A program made the translations under genes and the position numbers. DNA of 64,000 nucleotides from Nitrospirae bacterium JdFR-81 (lineage in GTDB: Bacteria; Nitrospirota; Thermodesulfovibrionia; UBA6902). The notes beneath the pieces were generated by a model, which worked only from the letters and a program-made list of their open reading frames with translations, searched no databases and was not told where the DNA came from. The stretch spans positions 2,761 through 66,760 of the forward strand of contig MTOQ01000011.1 in assembly GCA_002011735.1 (NCBI GenBank). The letters are read 5' to 3'. Shown piece by piece: positions 16,973 through 25,868 of the stretch. Within the stretch, counting starts at the first letter, position 1. Each line of letters starts with the position of its first letter.

Positions 16973-19063
16973 TTAACTCTCTACACCTGCAATCTGTGCA
17001 GACTGTTCTATAACCTTTGGTGTTATAAATATCAGGAGCTCTGTCTTGCTCTCCTGGATCGACCTCTTCTTGAAAAGCCAGCCAAGCACCGGAATCTTCC
17101 CAAGCAGTGGCACATACGAGTCACCCTTCTGAATGTTCGTCTTGTATATACCACCTATAACAAGGGTATCGTTGTTGTTCACAAGGACCTTTGTCTCTAT
17201 CTCCTTCTGCTCGATGATAAAGCCCGCTGCTGTCTCAGGCCCCTGCTCGTTCTTCTTTATCTTGATGTCCATCTGGATCATCTTTGAAGGGGTTATATGA
17301 GGGGTCACCGTTAGTTCGAGGCTGGCATCAATGAACTGTATCTGTGTTCCTCCCTCCGGAGCAGCAGATGCGTAGGGTATCTTCCTGCCCTGCTTGATGG
17401 TCGCCTCCTGATTGTCCGTGGTGATGATCTTCGGGTTTGATATGATCTTTCCCTCACCCGTGGTCTCCATAGCAGAGAGCTGAAGGTCAAGTGACCTCAG
17501 GGCACCAGCTCCTATGTAGCCAAACCCTATTGATCCACCTGTACCACTGCCAACCGCTGCAGGCAGGTTCACAAGGAACGGACTGCCTGACATACCTGTT
17601 CCACCACTGAGCTCCTCTATGCCTCCTATCTTCATGTGGGGGCTGAGTCTCGTCTCTGCACCCCACTGGATACCAAGGCCCTTGGCAAAGTCAGAGGTTA
17701 CCTCAACAACCCTTGCCTCTATCATCACCTGTGGAGTGGGTCTGTCGAGCCTCCTGATGACCCTTGCATACTCCTCGTGCATCTTCTCAACATCCCTTAT
17801 AATAAGGGTGTTGGTCCTCTTATCTATGCTGATGGTTGTCCTTGTGGGCACGCCCTTCTTCTTGGATATCTCCTCAATAATACCCTTTACTTCATCAGCA
17901 TCGGCAAAGTTTAGTGGATAGTGTTTTGTTATGAGGTCGCCTGCCTGGAGCTCTGCCTCCTTCCTCCTTGCAATCTCCTCCTCCTCCTTCACAACCTCGG
18001 CAGTAGGTGCTATGCGGATGATATTCCCCTCGACCTTCTTTGAAAGTCCATAGTTCCTGAGAATAACATCAAGCGCCTGATCCCACGGCACATCCCTGAG
18101 CCTCATCGTAAACTTCTCTGCCCTTCTAAGCACTGAAGGACTCACAACGATGTTGCATCCACTTATATCCGAAAAGAGCCTGAATATATGGACGAGCTCT
18201 GCATCCTGAAAATCGATGTTTATCTTCTCGCCCTCATATTCCTTTGAGGCAGCGATCCTGCCACACTCAGACGAGACAGAGGGCTCTTCTTCAGCCATCT
18301 CTCCACCAGGGGCTACCTCTTCACCACCGGCTACAGGTGCGGATGGAAGCCTGAATGAGACCACTATCTGATCATCCCCTGAGGAGACATCGTATTCCAC
18401 AGGCTCAAGGAGGTCAAAGACTATCCTCGTCTTATCAGGGTATGTAGCTATCCTCATGCCACCCATAGGGGGCTCATAGACCTTTGGTGCCTCCACAGAT
18501 GTGGTAACATCAGGTATGTCAATAACAACCTTGTTCGTCACAGGCTGTGAGACCTCTGGTGACATCATGCCGTCAGCCTTGATCGTCACAAGGAGGCTAT
18601 CCTCTGTCCTGGAGAAGTCGATTGCCTCTATCCTTGTGGCACCTTCTGCCTCTGCAGCAGTTATCTCCTCCTCAGGGTTAACAAAAGTTAACACAAGGGC
18701 ATTGTCCTTCTGAAGGGGCTTAACATCAGCAGGCACAGAGAGGGCTATCTCGAGCCTCACCATGTCCTCCATACCCTCAACCTTTGAGGGTGTTATCTCC
18801 CTGACACCTGCCCTGTCTATCACCATCTTATCCGTAAACCTGCCAAGTGTTACATCCCGAAGCTCCACCACAACCAGATAGGGGTCTGAAGGCTTGTAGA
18901 TCGTGTAGTTGAGAGGAGCCGTGCTATTGATACTTATCTCTGTTGAGCCATCAACATCTCTGACCTCGATATTCGTGATCTCCGAGACTGCAAATGCAGA
19001 TGTAATCAATCCTGACAGTAGGATAAATGCTAAAGACAATAAAAGGTTCTTTCTTTTAATCAT
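16973..19063 (-). CDS. pilQ: Type IV pilus secretin PilQ
   Basis: 696 aa. N-terminal signal, then AMIN-like domains, then the secretin C-terminal domain (...GGIYKTNIQKGDSYVPLLGKIPVLGWLFKKRSIQESKTELLIFITPKVI). Terminal gene of the pilMNOPQ run. Confidence 0.9.
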   Translation of the reverse strand: MIKRKNLLLSLAFILLSGLITSAFAVSEITNIEVRDVDGSTEISINSTAPLNYTIYKPSDPYLVVVELRDVTLGRFTDKMVIDRAGVREITPSKVEGMEDMVRLEIALSVPADVKPLQKDNALVLTFVNPEEEITAAEAEGATRIEAIDFSRTEDSLLVTIKADGMMSPEVSQPVTNKVVIDIPDVTTSVEAPKVYEPPMGGMRIATYPDKTRIVFDLLEPVEYDVSSGDDQIVVSFRLPSAPVAGGEEVAPGGEMAEEEPSVSSECGRIAASKEYEGEKINIDFQDAELVHIFRLFSDISGCNIVVSPSVLRRAEKFTMRLRDVPWDQALDVILRNYGLSKKVEGNIIRIAPTAEVVKEEEEIARRKEAELQAGDLITKHYPLNFADADEVKGIIEEISKKKGVPTRTTISIDKRTNTLIIRDVEKMHEEYARVIRRLDRPTPQVMIEARVVEVTSDFAKGLGIQWGAETRLSPHMKIGGIEELSGGTGMSGSPFLVNLPAAVGSGTGGSIGFGYIGAGALRSLDLQLSAMETTGEGKIISNPKIITTDNQEATIKQGRKIPYASAAPEGGTQIQFIDASLELTVTPHITPSKMIQMDIKIKKNEQGPETAAGFIIEQKEIETKVLVNNNDTLVIGGIYKTNIQKGDSYVPLLGKIPVLGWLFKKRSIQESKTELLIFITPKVIEQSAQIAGVES

Positions 19064-19067
19064 TATC

Positions 19068-19595
19068 TTAACCCTCCTTATGGAGCTCTAAAACCACCTC
19101 TCTGGGTTTTTTATTTCCTTTGTAATCAATGGTATATTCTACAATTACAACCCTATCCCTTGAAATCTCTTTAACCTTGCCATTATGGAGACCTATCGTG
19201 TCTCCCTCATTGACGGTAAAGGACTTATTGTCAGGTGCAAGGAGCAGGGCGTAATACCTGTCCCTCTTCTTCACGATCGCAAGCAGTGAGAAATCCCCTA
19301 TATCATAACTCTCAAGGGTTCCAGGGGGCCTTTTCGCCTCCTCAGCACCCTTGGCTTCCCTTCGCAATACGATAAGGGGTGCAAACGGGTCTCTCCTGCC
19401 TGCAGGATTATATACATAACCCTCACTCTTTTTAACCGGCTCCTCTGTCAGGGGCTTCAGTTCCTCGGGCTTAATCTCTATCTCCTTCTTAACCTCGGCC
19501 TTCTTCTTTGGTGGAGGAGGCTTCTTCTTACTACACCCTGAAAAGGGAAGGCCAAGCGCCACTATTATGAAAATAAAGATTAAGTATCTCCCCAT
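19068..19595 (-). CDS. pilP: Type IV pilus assembly lipoprotein PilP
   Basis: 175 aa with lipobox LGLPFSGCSKKK, a Pro/Lys-rich linker and a C-terminal beta domain. Position between pilO and pilQ. Confidence 0.7.
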   Translation of the reverse strand: MGRYLIFIFIIVALGLPFSGCSKKKPPPPKKKAEVKKEIEIKPEELKPLTEEPVKKSEGYVYNPAGRRDPFAPLIVLRREAKGAEEAKRPPGTLESYDIGDFSLLAIVKKRDRYYALLLAPDNKSFTVNEGDTIGLHNGKVKEISRDRVVIVEYTIDYKGNKKPREVVLELHKEG

Positions 19596-19600
19596 TATAC

Positions 19601-20212
19601 CTATCTTGTTCCTCCCTTCTTGGCCTCTAATTTGGCCTTCTCCTGCTGAGGGATGGCAGCAAAGGTAAGGGCAGTAAACCTCGCCTTGATAAGACCACCC
19701 TCGCCCCCCATTTTACTTGTAAGGTTAATATCCTTTATATTTACTATCCGAGAAAGCCTGCTTATATGGCTGAAGAAGGTGCCAAGGTTATGATAGCCTG
19801 TGGTTACCTCAATACTAACAGGTATCTCATAATAGAGATTGTTAGGACCAACCCTCCTTTGGCCGGGTTTCCACAGGAGTATCTCAAGTCCTGACTCAAT
19901 GCCAAGGTCAGAGATCTGCTTTAAGAGAGGAGAGACCTCCTGCTCCTGTGGCAATTGCTCCTGAAGCTTTGCGAGCTTTGCCTTGAGAATCTTGTTCTCG
20001 GCCTTGAGCTGTTCGAGTTTCCTTATCTTCACCTCTCCTGTGGCTATCTCATTATCAAGCTTGGATATACTTGCAGTCAGGTTATCTATCTCTTTCTTCT
20101 TGGGTGAATATACGAGGAATATAAATAAGACAACCAGCAGGATGGAAGGCAGGATTATAATAATTGCCTTTACATAAGGTGGTAGCTCCTTTATGTTTAT
20201 CTTCAGTGCCAT
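19601..20212 (-). CDS. pilO: Type IV pilus assembly protein PilO
   Basis: 203 aa. Single N-terminal TM, then a coiled coil (LKAKLAKLQEQLPQEQE), then a periplasmic domain. Operon position. Confidence 0.75.
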   Translation of the reverse strand: MALKINIKELPPYVKAIIIILPSILLVVLFIFLVYSPKKKEIDNLTASISKLDNEIATGEVKIRKLEQLKAENKILKAKLAKLQEQLPQEQEVSPLLKQISDLGIESGLEILLWKPGQRRVGPNNLYYEIPVSIEVTTGYHNLGTFFSHISRLSRIVNIKDINLTSKMGGEGGLIKARFTALTFAAIPQQEKAKLEAKKGGTR

Positions 20213-20216
20213 TTTA

Positions 20217-20753
20217 TCACCTCATCCTGAAGGAAATCCGAAACTCATATAGTGTATAACCCTCGAAGGTCTTCATCCTCGACTCAAGCAATGTAACATC
20301 CGTAAAATACTTGGAATTTTTGAGATTCTGGACATAATCCACGATATTCGGGTTTGTAAATGCAGTGCCCTGGATATTTATGGTTCCTCCATTGTCACTC
20401 AGGCTCTGGAGCCACACACCCTGTGGCAGTCTGGCACTCACTTCATCCAGAAGTCTGAGGGGCAATACCTGCCTGCTCTTGAGATCCTCTATCGTCCTTG
20501 CCATCTGCCTGTAAAGTTCGTTATCCCGCTCAAAGCTCTCGACCTGTTTGATGGCATCCTTTATCTCATTGAGCCTCTTCTCCTTCTCCGCCTTCTCGGC
20601 CTTAAGGGTGGTGATGTTGCTGTTCAGACTGAATGTATAGATACCAAGGACAACGAGGGTTATCACCGTGAGGGCCACGGCAGGGATAATAACCGCCTGA
20701 AGTGGCATGGCCTTCTTAACCTTTCTCTCTTTGAGCAGGTTTATCCTGATCAT
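20217..20753 (-). CDS. pilN: Type IV pilus assembly protein PilN
   Basis: 178 aa. MIRINLLKERKVKK, then a TM segment, then a coiled coil. The canonical PilN N-terminus (INLL motif). Overlaps pilM by 4 nt. Confidence 0.8.
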   Translation of the reverse strand: MIRINLLKERKVKKAMPLQAVIIPAVALTVITLVVLGIYTFSLNSNITTLKAEKAEKEKRLNEIKDAIKQVESFERDNELYRQMARTIEDLKSRQVLPLRLLDEVSARLPQGVWLQSLSDNGGTINIQGTAFTNPNIVDYVQNLKNSKYFTDVTLLESRMKTFEGYTLYEFRISFRMR

Positions 20754-21802
20754 CTATCCCCAACCCTCCTTAAGGCCAGCCCAACGGCGATCGCCACCAC
20801 AGGGCCTATCTTCTTCAGATAGCCCTTATCAAAGCTGTCAGGTATCTGTATGTTCGTGAATGGATCAACGATCCTCACATCCACACCCACCCTCTCCGAG
20901 AGGAGTGCAGGGAAGTCCTTGATAAGTGCACCACCGCCGCTCAGGACGATCTCCTTTATCTCCTCATGACCGAAGGAACTCCTGAAATACTCAAGTGAAC
21001 GGGATATCTCTGTCACTATCTCCTCAGAGGCCGACATCATCGCAGAGGAGACATCTTCCTGAGACACACCCTCTATGGTCTCACCCTGTTTCAGCCTCTC
21101 TGCATCCTCATATGAGAGGGTGAACTCCCTCTGCAATGCCTCTGTGATGATGTTGCATCCAACAGAGCTGTCCCGCGTGAACATGGAGTATCCACCCTTG
21201 AGGACATTGAGGGTGATCATGCTTGCACCAACATTGACGAGCGCTATATTCTCGTCCGCCTTCAGCTCGTAATTGATCTCATACATGTTCTCAAGGGCAA
21301 AGGCATCGACATCAACGATCACGGGGTTGAGCCCTGCATCCTTCACCACCGAGACATACTCGTTCACCTTATCCTTCTTCACCGCCACAAGGAGCACATC
21401 CATCTGGTTGCCCTCTTCCTTGAAGCCAACTATCTGGAAGTCGAGATTGACATCATTGATATCAAACGGTATGTATTGCTCTGCCTCGAACCTTATGGAC
21501 TCACTCAGTTCCTCTTCGGTCATCTGCGGCAGTGGTATCCTCTTTGTGATCACGGATGAATGGCCTGAGACACCTATGGTCACATCCTTTGCCTTGATAT
21601 GGGAGCTGGAGATCAACGACTTGATAGTGTCAACGACCCTGGGGGCATCGAGGATGGAGCCTTCAACTATCAATTCGGGCTGGAGGGGGGCAACACCCAG
21701 ATGTTCTAATTGATATCCACCGCTGACATCCTTGAGCTGGACAACCTTGATATTCCTTGAGCCGATATCCAGCCCTATTATGCCTTTCCTTTTAAAAACC
21801 AT
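20750..21802 (-). CDS. pilM: Type IV pilus assembly ATPase-like protein PilM (actin-like fold)
   Basis: The track ORF starts at TTG 21838. The internal ATG at 21802 gives the canonical PilM N-terminus MVFKRKGIIGLDIGSRNIKVVQL, so that start was chosen. Confidence 0.8.
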   Translation of the reverse strand: MVFKRKGIIGLDIGSRNIKVVQLKDVSGGYQLEHLGVAPLQPELIVEGSILDAPRVVDTIKSLISSSHIKAKDVTIGVSGHSSVITKRIPLPQMTEEELSESIRFEAEQYIPFDINDVNLDFQIVGFKEEGNQMDVLLVAVKKDKVNEYVSVVKDAGLNPVIVDVDAFALENMYEINYELKADENIALVNVGASMITLNVLKGGYSMFTRDSSVGCNIITEALQREFTLSYEDAERLKQGETIEGVSQEDVSSAMMSASEEIVTEISRSLEYFRSSFGHEEIKEIVLSGGGALIKDFPALLSERVGVDVRIVDPFTNIQIPDSFDKGYLKKIGPVVAIAVGLALRRVGDR

Positions 21803-21938
21803 TAAGATAATAAAATCAAAAAAAATAAATATTGTCAAGTAAAAAATTAATCTTTCCTTCCCAACACCCCTTAATCAGGAATTTTTCATACCCATAAGTT
21901 AGTTTATAAGATATCTTAAATATGTGATTTAGATCACA

Positions 21939-23387
21939 CTACTTACTCCAGAAGTGGGGTATAAACAGCACTATCACAGTGTATATCTCAAGCCTTCCAA
22001 TGAGCATACACAGGATGAGTATCCACTTTCCGGGAAGGGGGATCGAGGAGTAGTTGTCAGTGGGACCTGCCTCACCAAGGGCAGGGCCAACATTCGACAT
22101 AGAGGAGATCACCGTGCTTGCCGAGGTAATGAGGTCCACACCCAGTGCTGTCATCAACAGGGCGGCAAAGATGGTTATCAGGAGGAAGAGGAAGAGGAAG
22201 CCCCATATGCCTCCCAGTGTCTCCTTGGAGATGCCCTTGCCATCCAGCTTGAGCACACTCACTGCGTGGGGATGGATCAGGTGATAGAGCTCACGATATG
22301 CCTGCTTGAACATGAGCAGGACCCTGACCTGCTTCATCCCTCCGCCGGTTGAGCCAACCATACCCCCAAAGAACATGAGGCACAGCAGGAGCATCTGTGA
22401 GAGGACCGGCCACCTCTCATAGTCAGTGGTTACATAACCTGTGGTGGTCATTATGGAGACAACCTGGAATGATGAATACCTGAGGGCCTCAAGGGGTGAG
22501 TATCCATGGGAGAAGATGGTATTCAACGAGACGATGACGATCGAGATGAGTATTACAGAACAGTAAAACCTGAACTCCGTGCTCCTTGCAAACCTCCACA
22601 GCTGACCCCTGATCGCATAGTAATGGAGTGAGAAGTTTATGCCTGCCAGAAACATGAAGAAGGTGATGATCACATCTATATAACCGCTCTGGAAATATGA
22701 TATGCTCGCACTCTTTGTTGAGAACCCACCTGTTGCCATTGTTGTGAATGAATGGCAGAGCGCATCGAACAGGCTCATACCGCACAGCATCAACAGGATT
22801 GCAAGCACACCCGTGATCCCTGCATATACATACCAGAGGGACTTTGCCACATCGAGTATCCTTGGCCTTATCTTCTCGATCCCTATCTCAGGGACCTCTG
22901 CCTTGAAGAGCTGCATTCCTCCAACACCGAGCATCGGGAGTATGGCAATGGAGAGCACGATTATCCCCATACCGCCTATCCACTGGGTCAGACTCCTCCA
23001 GATGAGTATCCCCCTGGGAAGGGTCTCAAGGTTGCTGAGAATCGACGCCCCTGTGGTGGTGAAACCTGCCATGGACTCAAAATAGGCGTCGGTAAACGAA
23101 GGGGTAACTCCTGAGAGGATATACGGAAGGGAACCATAAAGGGACATGACCAGCCAGCTTATGGTCACAACCGCAAAGCCATCCCTGTGTCTGAGCTCAC
23201 CCTTCCTGTGCCTGCCCGTCAACAGATAGAGCACCACTCCTGAGGCGAATGTCAGGATGAGTGAGATGCCGATTGCAGATGATGCACCATCATTATAAAG
23301 CAGGGAGGTTATGAGGGGCACGAGCATAAATGCCGAGACAAATACAAGGACAATCCCTGTGAGATTAAAGATCAGACCGGGGTTCAT
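21939..23387 (-). CDS. trkH: Trk/Ktr-type potassium uptake transporter membrane subunit TrkH
   Basis: 482 aa polytopic membrane protein with repeated M1-P-M2 units and GxG selectivity-like loops (TTTGAS, ATGGFS, TTTGYV, GSTGGG). Overlaps trkA by 4 nt. Confidence 0.85.
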   Translation of the reverse strand: MNPGLIFNLTGIVLVFVSAFMLVPLITSLLYNDGASSAIGISLILTFASGVVLYLLTGRHRKGELRHRDGFAVVTISWLVMSLYGSLPYILSGVTPSFTDAYFESMAGFTTTGASILSNLETLPRGILIWRSLTQWIGGMGIIVLSIAILPMLGVGGMQLFKAEVPEIGIEKIRPRILDVAKSLWYVYAGITGVLAILLMLCGMSLFDALCHSFTTMATGGFSTKSASISYFQSGYIDVIITFFMFLAGINFSLHYYAIRGQLWRFARSTEFRFYCSVILISIVIVSLNTIFSHGYSPLEALRYSSFQVVSIMTTTGYVTTDYERWPVLSQMLLLCLMFFGGMVGSTGGGMKQVRVLLMFKQAYRELYHLIHPHAVSVLKLDGKGISKETLGGIWGFLFLFLLITIFAALLMTALGVDLITSASTVISSMSNVGPALGEAGPTDNYSSIPLPGKWILILCMLIGRLEIYTVIVLFIPHFWSK

Positions 23388-24718
23388 CTGAGGAGCTTTT
23401 CCACCTGTTTTACCGATTCCTTCAGGGTGAAGATAATCAATTTATCATTAACAGAGATACGGTCATCCCCTGAAGGTATGATTACATCCTTGCCCCTTAT
23501 AATGGCTCCTATGAGCGTCCTTTTCGGAAGCTCAACTTCACGGAGTGTCTTCCCTATAAGCACAGACCCCCTCCTCGCCTCTGCCTCCATTATCTCTGCC
23601 TTGCCCTCTGAGATGGTCGTGAGCGATATGATACCGCCTGCCCTCACATACCTGAGGATGGTGCTTGCGGTGATGAGCCTCGGGCTCAGGACGGCATCTA
23701 TTCCCAGGCTATCGGCAAGTGGAAGGTAGTCTGTCCTGTTGACGATGGTTATGACCTTCTTCACACCAAGCCTCTTTGCAAGCAGAGAGGACATTATATT
23801 GACCTCCTCGTTGTTGGATATGGCAACAAAGACATCCATATCCTTTATGTTCTCCTCCTCAAGCAGGCTCTGGTCAGAACCATCCCCATGGAGGATGATA
23901 CTCTTTTTAAGGGAGTTGAGGAGGAACTTGCACCTCTCTGCGCTCTTCTCTATCACCTTCACGCTCACATTCCTTGACTCCATCGTCTTTGCCACATAAT
24001 AACCTATCCTGCCCCCGCCTGATAGCATGATCCTCTTGACAGGCTCAAACAGGCCCCCTATCCTCCTTGACACCGCCTCTATGTCCTCTGCCCTGATGGC
24101 AAGGAAGATGGTGTCGTCCTTCTTTATGATATCCCTGCCTGAGGGGATTATTATCCTGTCACCCCTCCTTATGGCACCTATGATGACCTTTGGATCCGAG
24201 AGGTTGAGCTCCCTCAGTGTTCGTCCAAGGAGATCAGAGTCAGGTGGGACCCTGAAGCCTATGACCTTCACCCTCCCATCCTCAAAGTCCTCGACATCTG
24301 CCGCAAAGGGCACCTCAAGGAGACGGATAATGGCCTTGGCTGCCTCGACCTCGGGGCTTATGGCAGGGTTGATGCTGAGGCTCCTCAGGAGTTCCTCATT
24401 CCCTATATACTCCAGGTTCCTTATCCTGGCAACACTCCTTGGCAACTGGAACATCACCTTGGCAACGAGGCAGGATATCATGTTGGTCTCGTCTATATCC
24501 GTCACGGCAAGGAGTATGTCTGCCTCATCTGCCCCTGCCTCCTTCAGGACAGAGGGTGAGCCACCCTCCCCCTCAACCACCGCAACATCGAGCTCTTCAG
24601 AGATCCTCCTTATCTTCTGCCTGTCCCTGTCAACAACCACCACATCCACACCCTCTGCAGAAAGGAACCTTGCTATCTGGAATCCAACCTCCCCAGCACC
24701 AACGATAATCACACGCAT
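23384..24718 (-). CDS. trkA: Trk system potassium uptake protein TrkA (two RCK/NAD-binding domains)
   Basis: MRVIIVGAGEVGFQIARFL Rossmann motif at the N-terminus. A second copy MLSGGGRIGYYVAKTM mid-protein. 444 aa. Confidence 0.9.
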   Translation of the reverse strand: MRVIIVGAGEVGFQIARFLSAEGVDVVVVDRDRQKIRRISEELDVAVVEGEGGSPSVLKEAGADEADILLAVTDIDETNMISCLVAKVMFQLPRSVARIRNLEYIGNEELLRSLSINPAISPEVEAAKAIIRLLEVPFAADVEDFEDGRVKVIGFRVPPDSDLLGRTLRELNLSDPKVIIGAIRRGDRIIIPSGRDIIKKDDTIFLAIRAEDIEAVSRRIGGLFEPVKRIMLSGGGRIGYYVAKTMESRNVSVKVIEKSAERCKFLLNSLKKSIILHGDGSDQSLLEEENIKDMDVFVAISNNEEVNIMSSLLAKRLGVKKVITIVNRTDYLPLADSLGIDAVLSPRLITASTILRYVRAGGIISLTTISEGKAEIMEAEARRGSVLIGKTLREVELPKRTLIGAIIRGKDVIIPSGDDRISVNDKLIIFTLKESVKQVEKLLR

Positions 24719-24902
24719 GGTGTCAATTATATCACAGTAAACCTTGCAGTTGCATAAAACCCTCCTAACGGGCAGGCATCCTTATTTGATGGAAGATGGA
24801 AAATGGAAGATGGAAGATAGGAGGTGATTGATTTTGATAATGGTATTTTCTTATTATACTACTGTGGACGGTTTAACTGTTCACCGTTATAATCAGATAT
24901 CG

Positions 24903-24977
24903 GGCGATTAGCTCAGGGGGAGAGCGCTGCCTTCACACGGCAGAGGTCGGTGGTTCGAAACCACCATCGCCTACCAT
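24903..24977 (+). tRNA. tRNA-Val (anticodon CAC)
   Basis: A cloverleaf can be folded by hand. Acceptor GGGCGAT/ATCGCCT (G1-U72). D arm GCTC-AGGGGGA-GAGC. Anticodon stem CTGCC/GGCAG with loop TTCACAC. T arm GGTGG-TTCGAAA-CCACC. Discriminator A plus encoded CCA. TATAAT at 24888-24893 sits ~10 nt upstream. Confidence 0.9.
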
Positions 24978-25030
24978 TTGTATTTGACTTTCTGTCACCT
25001 TTGGGGTGCCCTTTATGTCTTCAGCTTAGA

Positions 25031-25123
25031 TCAATGAGCGACAGCTTCTTCTTCATTCCTCCATCCTGCCCTCTCAAAGGCCCTCACAACCCTCTCAGGC
25101 CTAAGATTATGCAGGCCGCTCAT
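25031..25123 (-). pseudogene. hicA-like toxin remnant (truncated at 30 aa)
   Basis: MSGLHNLRPERVVRAFERAGWRNEEEAVAH*. The first ~22 residues match the HicA N-terminus (the ...Sg.E..kaLek.Gw... pattern). The expected GSH-containing core is missing. The ATG overlaps the hicB-like stop (ATGA). Confidence 0.4.
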
Positions 25124-25392
25124 ACAGCGTTCTTAACCTTTCTCTTCTCCTTTACAACTTCCAGATGTCCTTCTATTGCATCCTTTATCATCTCAAGTGC
25201 CTCCTCCACTGTATCACCCTGAGAGGCACACCCTGGCAATGAAGGGCACTCAACCCAGAAACCACCATCCTCGGTATCTATATGAAGGACTACAGGATAT
25301 CTCTTCCCTCTTACTGTAACATGGTATTTCTTCTCTCTCTGTAAAGCAACAACTTCACCTTTCAGGTTCTCAACGATCTCACCTATTGCGAT
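25120..25392 (-). pseudogene. hicB-like antitoxin (UPF0150 family) lacking a canonical start codon
   Basis: The frame encodes ...KRYPVVLHIDTEDGGFWVECPSLPGCASQGDTVEEALEMIKDAIEGHLEVVKEKRKVKNAV*, the hallmark HicB/UPF0150 core. No in-frame ATG/GTG/TTG precedes the core, and the frame opens just after a TAA. Confidence 0.45.
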
Positions 25393-25500
25393 GGAGAAAA
25401 CAAGCTGACCGCCACATTATAACATAAAAGTTATATTATCAGGCCCTTGCAAACCTCGGAGGCGAGAATTTATAATTTCTAAAAAACAGAGGAGGACGTC

Positions 25501-25779
25501 ATGGCAACATTCTTTATGTTCGGGAAATACACACTTGAGGGCATCAAGGGGATGAGCGCAGCACGGACGAAGAAGATAATCAGGATCATCAAGAAGGCCG
25601 GTGGAGAGGTAAGATCAATGCATGCACTGCTTGGAGAGAAGGACCTGGTATTCATCGTTGATTTCCCCGGTAACGAGGAGGCCATAAAGGCGTCTGTTGC
25701 CATCACAAAGTTGACCGGAATCGCCTTCACCACATCCCCTGCCGTGACCGTGGAGGAGTTTGACAGGATAGTGTCATAA
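25501..25779 (+). CDS. GYD domain-containing protein
   Basis: 92 aa. MATFFMFGKYTLEGIKGMSAARTKKIIRIIKKAGGEVRSMHALLGEKDLVFIVDFPGNEEAIKASVAITKLTGIAFTTSPAVTVEEFDRIV matches the GYD family pattern. RBS GAGGAGGACGTC lies before the ATG. Confidence 0.7.
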   Translation: MATFFMFGKYTLEGIKGMSAARTKKIIRIIKKAGGEVRSMHALLGEKDLVFIVDFPGNEEAIKASVAITKLTGIAFTTSPAVTVEEFDRIVS

Positions 25780-25868
25780 TATTTTTCTCGCGGATTAACT
25801 GATTAAGAGGTATTCAGGGTTTCTGAAAAGGGACCTTTCGTGCCCCCTGTTTATGATAAAATATCCTT

